NCBI GenBank assembly: GCA_015489175.1 | Contig: WGAI01000072.1 | Coordinates: 2,828 to 66,827 of the forward strand | Direction: 5' to 3' | DNA: 64,000 bases | Origin: a candidate division WOR-3 bacterium | GTDB lineage: Bacteria; Hydrothermota; Hydrothermia; B15-G9 | In this document: positions 48,377 through 56,841 of the stretch, in pieces | Layout of the letters: each line of letters begins with the position of its first letter | Numbering within the stretch: position 1 is the stretch's first letter | Notes under the pieces: model-generated | What the model was told of the DNA's origin: nothing | Databases searched by the model: none | Seen by the model: the letters and a program-made list of their open reading frames with translations, nothing else | Made by a program: the position numbers and the translations under genes

Positions 48377-49426
48377 TCAGAATTTGCGTGATATGTATGG
48401 CAATATCCTGCTTTCTATCAAGGCCTTGATGCCATTCGCCACGAGTTTGACAAAGGGGTAGCCTCTGCCAACAGGGTCAGGGATGTCATCCCCCGACAGC
48501 AAAGCGGCTTTGTGTGCGGCATTGAGCTGCTCCAGCTTTTCAAGATGGCGCCTTTCCATGACATAGATCATGTCGGAATTCTCCAGCAGCTGAGGCGTAA
48601 TCCGTTTTGACCTCCTGTCGCCTGCCGTGATCCCAAGCTCGTTGAGCACCCTTACGACCTCCGAAGGCACAGGCGCGCCGTTAACCGCCGATGTGCCAGC
48701 TGAATCAACATTAACCTTGCCTCTAAGATGTTGGGGCAACAGATGTTGTAACACGGCAGCTGCTATCTGACTGCGGTATATGTTGCCGGTGCAAACAAAA
48801 AGGACATTGAGATCGAGCTGAGTCGAGAGCTTAACCTCGCGATTGATTAGGTTTTCTATCTGAAAGATGGAAATGGGGCCTTTTCTGAGAATGAGGGGCT
48901 CAGAACCACTCATATCAAGCACAGTTGAAGGCGGAGCACCACCGGATGTGCCCATCACAATGAAATCCACGGCATGATTTAGCTGGTCGATCACCTCTTT
49001 CGATGTTCGCGCTGGCGGCATTCCGGAGATATTCGCACTCGTGGATGCAAGTGGAACACGGAGGGCTTTGAGCAGCATCATGACAAGTTCATCATCTGGT
49101 ATCCTGATCCCGATCGTCCCTTTATCGGTCACAAGAAGTTTGGGAGCCTCCGGTTTCGCTTTCAGAACCAGTGTCAGCGGACCCGGCCAGAATTCCTCAC
49201 CGAGAGCGTAAGCTTCTTCCGTGAATTCTGCAAATTTAGCCGCCTCATCGATAGAACTTGCAAACAAGACGAGAGGCTTCTTCAACGGCCTTTTCTTGAT
49301 ATGGTAAATCTTACGGATTGCGTTTTCGTCAAGAGCATTGCCGATGAGCCCATACACGGTGTCCGTTGGGATTGCTACAACACCTCCATTGAGTATCGTG
49401 TCGATAGCTTTTCTGAGTGATTCCAT
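48377..49426 (-). CDS. Fusion of threonylcarbamoyl-AMP synthase (TsaC/YrdC domain) and low-molecular-weight protein tyrosine/arginine phosphatase
   Basis: N-terminal YrdC/Sua5 block GGVVAIPTDTVYGLIGNA...KKRPLKKPLVLF. C-terminal LMW-PTP with P-loop LFVCTGNIYRSQIAAAV (CX5R) and a DSAGT/DP motif. Confidence 0.75.
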   Translation of the reverse strand: MESLRKAIDTILNGGVVAIPTDTVYGLIGNALDENAIRKIYHIKKRPLKKPLVLFASSIDEAAKFAEFTEEAYALGEEFWPGPLTLVLKAKPEAPKLLVTDKGTIGIRIPDDELVMMLLKALRVPLASTSANISGMPPARTSKEVIDQLNHAVDFIVMGTSGGAPPSTVLDMSGSEPLILRKGPISIFQIENLINREVKLSTQLDLNVLFVCTGNIYRSQIAAAVLQHLLPQHLRGKVNVDSAGTSAVNGAPVPSEVVRVLNELGITAGDRRSKRITPQLLENSDMIYVMERRHLEKLEQLNAAHKAALLSGDDIPDPVGRGYPFVKLVANGIKALIESRILPYISRKF

Positions 49427-49439
49427 ATCTCCTCTATTG

Positions 49440-50105
49440 TCAATATTTTACCATAGCCCCTATGTAAAGCGGTGGATACGGCTGAATGGGAACACCGAAC
49501 TCCACCAGCAATTTAACCGGTATGTGATTTATGTAAACATTGGTAAGCTCCACTCCTCCAAATGCCTCAAGGAAGAGGGTAAATCTTGTCAAATCATCAT
49601 ATTTTAGTTTTCTGGCATCATCAAAAATGATGCCGATCCTGCGATAATCCGGCATCCTCATAAACGAGAACCCGAAATAGGTGGTGCTGCTCTGAACAAC
49701 CGATGTCGAGAAAATGAGGTCGCTACGCAATGTCATTCCGAGCGCAAACGGCTGGAACCCGAGGCCAAGCATGAGCGCACCGTTAAATGTCCTCAAATTG
49801 AGGAATTGCAGCTTGGTGTAAACGCCGATCCCCTCGCCGAAATTGGCGCGAAATCCGGCGTCGATGTTATCCGACACGCCGTATGTGTATGTATATCCTA
49901 AAGTTGGGATTATGTGGGCGCCTCTATTCTTGACAACTGAGCTGTCGAGATACTGCCGATCAAAATAGACAGGGAAGTTGAAATACCAGCCATAACTTGT
50001 ATTCTGGTAACCGACCGTCTTGGCCGTTTGAAATGTCCCCATAAAACAACCTGAGGAAACGATTACGATTATTGAAGATATAATCAAAAGTCTGACCACT
50101 TTCAT
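49440..50105 (-). CDS. Putative outer-membrane beta-barrel lipoprotein (hypothetical)
   Basis: Signal/lipobox IVIVSSGC. Alternating beta-strand pattern with a C-terminal ...GAMVKY. Located directly downstream of the tRNA cluster. Confidence 0.45.
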   Translation of the reverse strand: MKVVRLLIISSIIVIVSSGCFMGTFQTAKTVGYQNTSYGWYFNFPVYFDRQYLDSSVVKNRGAHIIPTLGYTYTYGVSDNIDAGFRANFGEGIGVYTKLQFLNLRTFNGALMLGLGFQPFALGMTLRSDLIFSTSVVQSSTTYFGFSFMRMPDYRRIGIIFDDARKLKYDDLTRFTLFLEAFGGVELTNVYINHIPVKLLVEFGVPIQPYPPLYIGAMVKY

Positions 50106-50141
50106 TTGAAGCCCCCTGTTTGGGGATATTATAAGACAAAA

Positions 50142-50217
50142 GTGGAGCCCACGCCCGGATTCGAACCGGGGACCTCTTCCTTACCAAGGAAGTGCTCTGC
50201 CTCCTGAGCTACGTGGG
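50142..50217 (-). tRNA. tRNA-Thr (anticodon GGT)
   Basis: Cloverleaf GCCCACG/CGTGGGC acceptor stem, anticodon loop TTGGTAA, T-loop GGTTCGAATCC, CCA encoded; 76 nt. Confidence 0.9.
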
Positions 50218-50231
50218 CATAGGAAGGGGAA

Positions 50232-50305
50232 AAGCGGGAGACGGGATTCGAACCCGCGACACCCAGCTTGGAAGGCTGGAACTCTACCAGGCTGAGTTAC
50301 TCCCG
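50232..50305 (-). tRNA. tRNA-Gly (anticodon TCC)
   Basis: GCGGGAG/CTCCCGC acceptor stem, anticodon loop CTTCCAA, T-loop GGTTCGAATCC; 74 nt, CCA not encoded. Confidence 0.9.
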
Positions 50306-50314
50306 CCTGTTTAA

Positions 50315-50396
50315 ATGGAGGGGGGAGGATTCGAACCCCCGAAGGCTGAGCCACCGGGTTTACAGCCCGGCCCCTTTGGCCGCTTGGGTACCCCTC
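50315..50396 (-). tRNA. tRNA-Tyr (anticodon GTA)
   Basis: GGAGGGG acceptor stem, anticodon loop CTGTAAA, long variable arm, T-loop GGTTCGAATCC, CCA encoded. Confidence 0.9.
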
Positions 50397-50407
50397 CATT
50401 TTTGGTC

Positions 50408-50480
50408 AAGCTGGCGGAGGGACTCGAACCCCCGACCTGGTGATTACAAATCACCTGCTCTTCCAGCTGAGCTACGCCAG
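50408..50480 (-). tRNA. tRNA-Thr (anticodon TGT)
   Basis: GCTGGCG/CGCCAGC acceptor stem, anticodon loop TTTGTAA, T-loop GGTTCGAGTCC; 73 nt. Confidence 0.9.
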
Positions 50481-50679
50481 CACATATTGTCAAAGAACAT
50501 TGTCGGGCTAATAATGTAAGGTAGAGCCCCAACGGTGTCAACTGGAAAATGCCGCCAAATTGGTGAAAACCATACGGTTAAACGGCTCGAAATCGGTCAT
50601 ACTCTGACTGCATGATGGTTCACACCCAACATCGCCACATAAGTGTCGATTGAGCTAAATCCACGCCTCTATGAAACTT

Positions 50680-52743
50680 CTATTCGACCACTCTGTGCGG
50701 ATGTTTCACAATTCTGCGACCGATGATAAATCTCTTCCTCAACCTCTCGTTGTAGTGAGTTTCCTCGGGATCGAACGAGTTTATCGCAACACGCCCCCGC
50801 TCAAGGCTTGCGTGTATGAACTCCATGTTTCCGAGGTAAAGCCCTACATGCCTTGGGAAGAAAACGAGATCGCCGGGTCTAAGTTTCTCGATCGCTTCAA
50901 TCGGCTCGCCGACATTTATCTGATGCTTCGTATCGCGCGGCAACTCAATGCCAAACCTGCGATACATTGCCTGCACAAAACCTGAACAATCAAATCCGAA
51001 CGGAGTTGTCCCGCCCCAGAGATAAGGGACTCCGATGAACCTCAGGGAGAAATTCAGCATTTCCTTGAGGTTGAAGCGAATTTCGTCCTTCCCAAGCAGA
51101 TGTTTACTCTTCACAAACGCCAGATCGCCGCCCGGCAAACGGATGGCCGAGAATTCGCCCACCTCATGGTCAACTATAACACGGGAATTTAGCGGCAGTT
51201 TGCCTATGGGCTCTGACGATTCCGATGGGCCGTCCCTGAGCATGGCGAAATCGTCCGCAACGATGTGAGTCCATTCACGAGGCGCATCTATGTAACGGAT
51301 ATGAGCTGTCTGAACCCATCCCGCATAGCCTTCCTGCGATGTGCGGATAAACGCCCACTCCCCCCTTACCTCGATTACTTTCATCTCGAAACCGTAGATT
51401 ATTTGACTGAACCGCTCGGAGCGGAATGTCGGCAATGCCCGAATATCGGTAACGCCGACCCTGATGGTCGCAAGTTTAGTCTTTTTCTCCTCGTCAGATG
51501 TGACTATCGGTGCGAAAAGTCGCTCTTTGGCGACAAGATCAAAAAATGTCTCCCTGTCCCTCGTGGTAACCCACTTGTCGCCTTTAACAACCGCCTCAGG
51601 TGCCCTTGCACGGCCATTGTAATTGCATGCCATCACGGAGACATAGGCTCCGACATTGGTGAATGATAAAAGTTCGCCCTGTTCAGGCATGGGTATGGGA
51701 TAATTTTTTGCAAGATAATCGCTTGGCTCACAAATCGGCCCAACAATATCGACTTCGACCGGCTCATCATGTTTTTCCTCAACAGGGATTGCCGTATGGA
51801 CAGCTCCGTAAAGCTTCGGCCTTATCAAATCGTTCATTGCAGCATCTACGATCACATACCTCACGCCGCCGGAAAGCTTCCTGTATAGCACTTTGGTGAC
51901 CAGAATCCCGGATGAAGCAACAACAGCACGCCCAGGCTCGATTATCAGCTTTTTGCCGAGCGATTTCACTACCGGCGATATGGCTTTTCCATACTCGGAC
52001 AGGGGCACGAAGTCGGTCTCCTGCTCAGATGTGTATGGAATGCCAAACCCTCCACCGATGTCGATGTATTCGATCTCAGAGAACTCGGTTATCAACGGCC
52101 GAATTTTCTCTATTGCGTCAAGATACGGTTCAGGCGAACGAATCTGCGAGCCGATATGAACGTGTATCCCAACGGGTTGAACAAGTTCCTCGTTTTGAGC
52201 CAGCGTGTAAATCTCGTAGGCTGCATCTGGTGAAACACCAAACTTGGTGCCCCTTTTGCCAGTGGCTATCTGCTCATCGGTGCCAGGCTCTATCTCAGGG
52301 TTCACACGAACAGCTATCCTGACAGGCTTATTGAGCCTTTTAGCTACCTCCACCACCTTGAGGTATTCCTCACCGGACTCTATGTTCAAGAGCAGGATGT
52401 TTTTGTTGATGGCCTCCTCGATCTCGGCTTCCGTCTTCCCGACGCCAGCAAAAACGATCTTTTCAGGCGGGAAACCAGCGAGTATAGCCTTCTTGAGCTC
52501 GCCTCCCGACACAACATCAGCTCCACACCCAAGATGCGTCAACAGATACAGGATGTTGAGGTTGGCATTTGCTTTCAGAGAGTATGCGATAAGTGTGTCT
52601 TCAGGGAACCCAGAGCGCAGTTCGCGTATGCGCCGTTCGATTTCGTCAAGGCTGTAGATATAAAGAGGAGTGCCAAGCTCCTCCGCCACATCCCTCACCG
52701 CTACATCTTCAATATGAAGCTGCCCATTTTTGTAGGAGAGCAT
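50680..52743 (-). CDS. lysA: Fusion of diaminopimelate decarboxylase (LysA) with two SH3b domains and an NlpC/P60 (C40) peptidase domain
   Basis: N-terminal ~410 aa is a PLP fold-III decarboxylase: LGTPLYIYS, SLKANANL, HVHIGSQI, EPGRAVVA, CEPSDYL. Two SH3b-like segments follow. The C-terminus has the NlpC/P60 core GVPYLWGGTTPFGFDCSGFVQAMY...GDLVFF...HVGLYLG. Single uninterrupted 687-aa ORF. Confidence 0.75.
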   Translation of the reverse strand: MLSYKNGQLHIEDVAVRDVAEELGTPLYIYSLDEIERRIRELRSGFPEDTLIAYSLKANANLNILYLLTHLGCGADVVSGGELKKAILAGFPPEKIVFAGVGKTEAEIEEAINKNILLLNIESGEEYLKVVEVAKRLNKPVRIAVRVNPEIEPGTDEQIATGKRGTKFGVSPDAAYEIYTLAQNEELVQPVGIHVHIGSQIRSPEPYLDAIEKIRPLITEFSEIEYIDIGGGFGIPYTSEQETDFVPLSEYGKAISPVVKSLGKKLIIEPGRAVVASSGILVTKVLYRKLSGGVRYVIVDAAMNDLIRPKLYGAVHTAIPVEEKHDEPVEVDIVGPICEPSDYLAKNYPIPMPEQGELLSFTNVGAYVSVMACNYNGRARAPEAVVKGDKWVTTRDRETFFDLVAKERLFAPIVTSDEEKKTKLATIRVGVTDIRALPTFRSERFSQIIYGFEMKVIEVRGEWAFIRTSQEGYAGWVQTAHIRYIDAPREWTHIVADDFAMLRDGPSESSEPIGKLPLNSRVIVDHEVGEFSAIRLPGGDLAFVKSKHLLGKDEIRFNLKEMLNFSLRFIGVPYLWGGTTPFGFDCSGFVQAMYRRFGIELPRDTKHQINVGEPIEAIEKLRPGDLVFFPRHVGLYLGNMEFIHASLERGRVAINSFDPEETHYNERLRKRFIIGRRIVKHPHRVVE

Positions 52744-52744
52744 G

Positions 52745-53455
52745 TTATTCCTCTCCGCTTAGCCTAAGAATCCATTGCTCAAAGAAATCCTTGGGCGCAT
52801 ACCCAATCTGGCGATATCGAACATGGCCTTTTTTGTCTATGATGAATGTGGTCGGGATGGCCCTTATGTTTGAAAATTCCTTGATCTTCAAAAGCTCCCG
52901 AGTGGGCAATGCTACTGGATAATTCATCTGATATTTTTTGTAAAATGCAGCAATCCGTTCGGGTTTATCCGATACAGCTATGCCGATGAACTGCACCTTG
53001 TCGGGATATTTCTTCTGCAACTCTATGAAGGACGGAATTTCCATGCGACATGGGCCGCACCATGTAGCCCAGAAGTCGAGCACAACGACTTTGCCTCGAT
53101 AATCTTTTATTGAGAGCTGTCCGCCATTTAGCAAGGGCACGGTGAAATCCAGCCCCGTGTCTTTCTCAACCACCTTCTTCTCAGCTTTTTTACCATTTTC
53201 ATCTTTTGCAGTCTTCTGGGAAGCAGTGGCTTTTTCAGATTTCGCTTTTTTCTGCGTTTTTCTAACTCTCTTAACTGTATCTACCTCAACCTTAGTGGTT
53301 TCAATCACGGTAGAATCGCCTTCATGTTTGTCAAGCGTATCGGTCGCAACGCTCGTAGTATCTTTCCCCGCGGTTGTCTCCGGCGATTTGTGCTTCTTGC
53401 AACCGAAAACGGCTAAAATAACCACAACTATGAGTAACAATAGCTTATTTTTCAT
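52745..53455 (-). CDS. TlpA/ResA-family thiol-disulfide oxidoreductase lipoprotein
   Basis: Lipobox LAVFGC. Lys/Glu-rich linker. Thioredoxin fold with VVLDFWATWCGPCRMEIP (CGPC active site). Confidence 0.8.
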   Translation of the reverse strand: MKNKLLLLIVVVILAVFGCKKHKSPETTAGKDTTSVATDTLDKHEGDSTVIETTKVEVDTVKRVRKTQKKAKSEKATASQKTAKDENGKKAEKKVVEKDTGLDFTVPLLNGGQLSIKDYRGKVVVLDFWATWCGPCRMEIPSFIELQKKYPDKVQFIGIAVSDKPERIAAFYKKYQMNYPVALPTRELLKIKEFSNIRAIPTTFIIDKKGHVRYRQIGYAPKDFFEQWILRLSGEE

Positions 53456-53650
53456 GCTGTTTGACCTCCGTGTAAGTTGGTGCCGATTTTATCGGTTCAT
53501 GTGTTATCAGTCAATTTTGTGCTTTGCTTAAGCTCAAAGATTTGTGCCTCTCATCGTCAAAATAAATTCACATCCGACTATGGGCCATTTACAATGGCGA
53601 AGGCGCAACTGCGTTTGACCTGAACTTTGAGAATGTTCTATAATCAAAGT

Positions 53651-55081
53651 ATGGAACTTGCTCGATTGACTATCCACGAACTCCAAAATGGGCTGAAAAA
53701 GAGAGAAATCACCATCGCAGATATCGTCCGTGATGTCTTCAAAAACATCCAGAAGAAGGAGCCCCAGGTCAACGCATACATATCCGTATTTGAGGAAGAG
53801 GCGATAGAGCGTGCAGTTGAGCTTGAGAACAACATGGGATCTGAAATAAGCGTGCTTTATGGGATTCCCATTGGTGTCAAAGATAACATCGTCACGAGAG
53901 GACACGAAACAACCTGTGCATCAAAGATATTGCTTGGCTATATACCACCTTACAATGCAACAGTTGTCGAGAAGCTGATTTCCAACGGAGCAATCATCAC
54001 TGGAAAGACGAATATGGACGAGTTCGCCATGGGCTCATCGGGTGAGTATTCTTATTTTGGCCCAACGAGAAACCCGATCAACACTGAGTATGTTCCAGGA
54101 GGTTCATCGAGCGGTTCAGCGGCGGCAGTTGCAGCAGGTGAGGCAATAGCTGCACTCGGTTCGGATACGGGCGGATCCGTGAGATTGCCAGCAGCGTTTT
54201 GTGGCGTGGTGGGATTTAAACCGACTTACGGCACAATATCGCGCTATGGCCTGATAGCGTTCGCATCATCGCTCGACCAGATAGGTTTCCTCACAAAAGA
54301 TGTCACTGATGCCGCCATCCTTTACTCACTTCTTGGCGGTTTTGATCCCCATGATTCAACATCTTTTGAGATTGAACTGCCGCATTGGTCGGAGATGGTC
54401 AAAGAGCAAAAAGTGAAACTTAAGATCGGCGTGCCCAAAGAGTTCATGAACGAGAAAGTCAATCCTGAGATCTTCAAGAAGGTCGAGGATTTCATCTCCG
54501 AGGCAGAGAGATACGGACATGAAATCAAAGAGATAAGTTTGCCACACAGCGAATACGCCATCGAAACATACTACCTCATAGCGATGTCCGAAGCATCATC
54601 CAACCTCGCGCGTTATGACGGTGTCAGGTATGGCTATCGTGTGGAATCCGATGACCTTGAAGAGATGTATGTGAAGACAAGGACCGAAGGGTTCGGCCCT
54701 GAGGTGAAGCGCAGGATAATGATGGGCACATTTGCGCTATCCTCAGGTTATTACGATGCCTATTACCTCACAGCGACGAAGGTTCGCAGGTTGATAAAGG
54801 GCGACTTTATCGACGCCTTTAAAGAGATCGATGTAATAATTGGCCCCACTTCCCCTGAACCTCCGTTCAAACTCGGGGAAAAGCTTTCCGACCCTATATT
54901 CCTTTACATGACGGATGTGTTGACTGTCACCTCAAACCTTGCCGGACTGCCATCGATATCGATCCCGCTCGGATTTAACTCAAAAGGGTTACCCATCGGA
55001 TTGCAGGTGATAGGTAACGCATTTGAAGATGTTAAACTTCTCAATGCAGCTTACAATTTTGAAAGAATAATAAACTCCTAA
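53651..55081 (+). CDS. gatA: Glutamyl-tRNA(Gln)/aspartyl-tRNA(Asn) amidotransferase subunit A
   Basis: Amidase signature GGSSSGSAAAVAAG and GSDTGGSVRLPAAFCGVVGFKPTYG. Start at ATG 53651 (MELARLTIHEL...); alternative upstream starts at 53633 and 53627. Confidence 0.85.
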   Translation: MELARLTIHELQNGLKKREITIADIVRDVFKNIQKKEPQVNAYISVFEEEAIERAVELENNMGSEISVLYGIPIGVKDNIVTRGHETTCASKILLGYIPPYNATVVEKLISNGAIITGKTNMDEFAMGSSGEYSYFGPTRNPINTEYVPGGSSSGSAAAVAAGEAIAALGSDTGGSVRLPAAFCGVVGFKPTYGTISRYGLIAFASSLDQIGFLTKDVTDAAILYSLLGGFDPHDSTSFEIELPHWSEMVKEQKVKLKIGVPKEFMNEKVNPEIFKKVEDFISEAERYGHEIKEISLPHSEYAIETYYLIAMSEASSNLARYDGVRYGYRVESDDLEEMYVKTRTEGFGPEVKRRIMMGTFALSSGYYDAYYLTATKVRRLIKGDFIDAFKEIDVIIGPTSPEPPFKLGEKLSDPIFLYMTDVLTVTSNLAGLPSISIPLGFNSKGLPIGLQVIGNAFEDVKLLNAAYNFERIINS

Positions 55082-55096
55082 ACAAGGAGCATTTGT

Positions 55097-56824
55097 ATGG
55101 CCACAAACGGTGAAAGTGGAGCAGCCAATGTAGCAGGTGGCCTGCCTGACAGCTTATGGGGAAAATTAGTGTATTTCTGGGAAAAGCAATCAGGTATCGT
55201 AGGCCTTATCGAGCTATATCTGGTAGGTATCTTATGGGGTATCGGCACAATCATAGCCAAGTTGTTCTTCTTTGCAGGATTTAACGCTCTGCAGGTCGCT
55301 TTTATAAGGGCGTTTGTAGGTGCAATTGGCCTTTTTGCGCTCGTAGTAATTCTTAAGAAGCTCGACACTCTTAAGCCTCGCAAGGATTTATGGCTCCTTA
55401 TCATGAATGGGGTCAGCTATGCGTTTATGTATTTTGCGTTTTTGCTCGCTATAAAAATAAGTGTTGCTCACGGAACAATTTTGTTGATAGCGGCTCCCAT
55501 ATTTGTCGCAATTCTAAGTCCAATTTTTCTCGAAGAAAATCTTCATAAGAACACAATTTACGCCGTCATATTCACAGTTGTCGGAATAGCATTTCTAATT
55601 TCATCCAGCGTTAGCGAGGAAGGGCCAATATCGGCGACAAAAATGTTATTTTCTGATTTGATGGGTATAAGTGCTGGCTTCTTCGCCGCATTCTACATAA
55701 TGAGCGGTAGGAAGCTAAAAAGGTCTTATGAACCACTCTCAATATCTTTCTGGAGCATGGCAGTAGCAAGCATACTGTTTGCGATCCCGTTCATCTTCTC
55801 TAAGTTTCCTAAAACAGAGACTTTGCTAAGAGGGGATTTGATATTTTGGGCGCTGTTTATGGGATTCGTTATAAACGGATTGGGGACATATCTTAACATG
55901 GACGGTGTGAGAAAGGTCATCGCTCAGCGCGCCGTCATAATCCAGATGATACTCGACCCCCTCGTTTCAATCTTGCTTGCATGGGTATTTTTCAATGAGG
56001 TCCCTAACTGGGGTGTTTTTCTTGGTGGCATTTTTATGGTTATAGGATTGTTTATAGCCACCAGAGAAGAGGCTGCGGTCCATCTCGAAGTTGAAAAACT
56101 CGACATTGATCCTGATGCCAAACGCATATTGCTGGCTATTAAGCAGCTCGGCTCTGCCTCAGTGTATAGAATAGCTGAGGAAACCGGTCTCCCTGATGAA
56201 GTGATAAGCGAAAAGATAAAGTTCTTGCTCGAGAAGGGCTATCTTGTTAAGCGCGAAGATGTAGGTCACTATTGGGAAAAGATCTACGAAGAAGAAAAGG
56301 CCTTAATAGACAAGACGAGAGAGAAACTCAATCCAGAAGTGCTTGAAAACATAGTGAAAGAGCTTGCAAACGCTCGGGTCGTGTTTGTTGGCGAGAAATC
56401 CGTGGGGCTTAACTTCTCAAGAATTATCCCATCCTACCTAAAATCGGCCGGTGTAGTTTCTGTCGCTGTCCCGGCCACCAATCAGGAGGCTATGATCACT
56501 GTCCTAAGAAGTATGAAAAAGGGGGATGTGCTTTTGATAACGGATTATGTGTTCCATGAGAAAAGTCTCGATGTTATGATCGCGTATGCTAAAAGGCTTG
56601 GTGTAAAAACAATAGCCATTGCCGATGGATTTACGATCAAGTCTGTTGAAGGAAAAGTTGATCTCGTCCTTGAGGTTGAGACCAAAAAACTTGGACTACC
56701 GATATCGCTCGTCCCGCTTCTTGCAACAATAGATGCTATAGTCATCGGGGTGGCTATACACAAGAGGAAACTCATTCAAAAGGTTGCAAGTAAAGGAGCT
56801 GACATCCATGAAGGGAAAATTTGA
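55097..56824 (+). CDS. EamA/DMT-family transporter fused to C-terminal cytoplasmic winged-helix and SIS-like (RpiR-like) domains
   Basis: AAGGAG SD. Residues 1-300 hold about ten TM helices in an EamA duplication pattern. Then RILLAIKQLGSASVYRIAEETGLPDEVISEKIKFLLEKGYLVK (wHTH), followed by a Rossmann-like VVFVGEKSVG...GDVLLITDY...GVKTIAIAD block resembling SIS. Single 575-aa ORF. Confidence 0.55.
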   Translation: MATNGESGAANVAGGLPDSLWGKLVYFWEKQSGIVGLIELYLVGILWGIGTIIAKLFFFAGFNALQVAFIRAFVGAIGLFALVVILKKLDTLKPRKDLWLLIMNGVSYAFMYFAFLLAIKISVAHGTILLIAAPIFVAILSPIFLEENLHKNTIYAVIFTVVGIAFLISSSVSEEGPISATKMLFSDLMGISAGFFAAFYIMSGRKLKRSYEPLSISFWSMAVASILFAIPFIFSKFPKTETLLRGDLIFWALFMGFVINGLGTYLNMDGVRKVIAQRAVIIQMILDPLVSILLAWVFFNEVPNWGVFLGGIFMVIGLFIATREEAAVHLEVEKLDIDPDAKRILLAIKQLGSASVYRIAEETGLPDEVISEKIKFLLEKGYLVKREDVGHYWEKIYEEEKALIDKTREKLNPEVLENIVKELANARVVFVGEKSVGLNFSRIIPSYLKSAGVVSVAVPATNQEAMITVLRSMKKGDVLLITDYVFHEKSLDVMIAYAKRLGVKTIAIADGFTIKSVEGKVDLVLEVETKKLGLPISLVPLLATIDAIVIGVAIHKRKLIQKVASKGADIHEGKI

Positions 56825-56841
56825 AAATAAGGAGGATCTCA

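Noticed and set aside
50671-52922. Plus-strand ORFs of 77-137 aa
   Set aside because: Antisense to the lysA-SH3b-NlpC/P60 gene and the tlpA gene.
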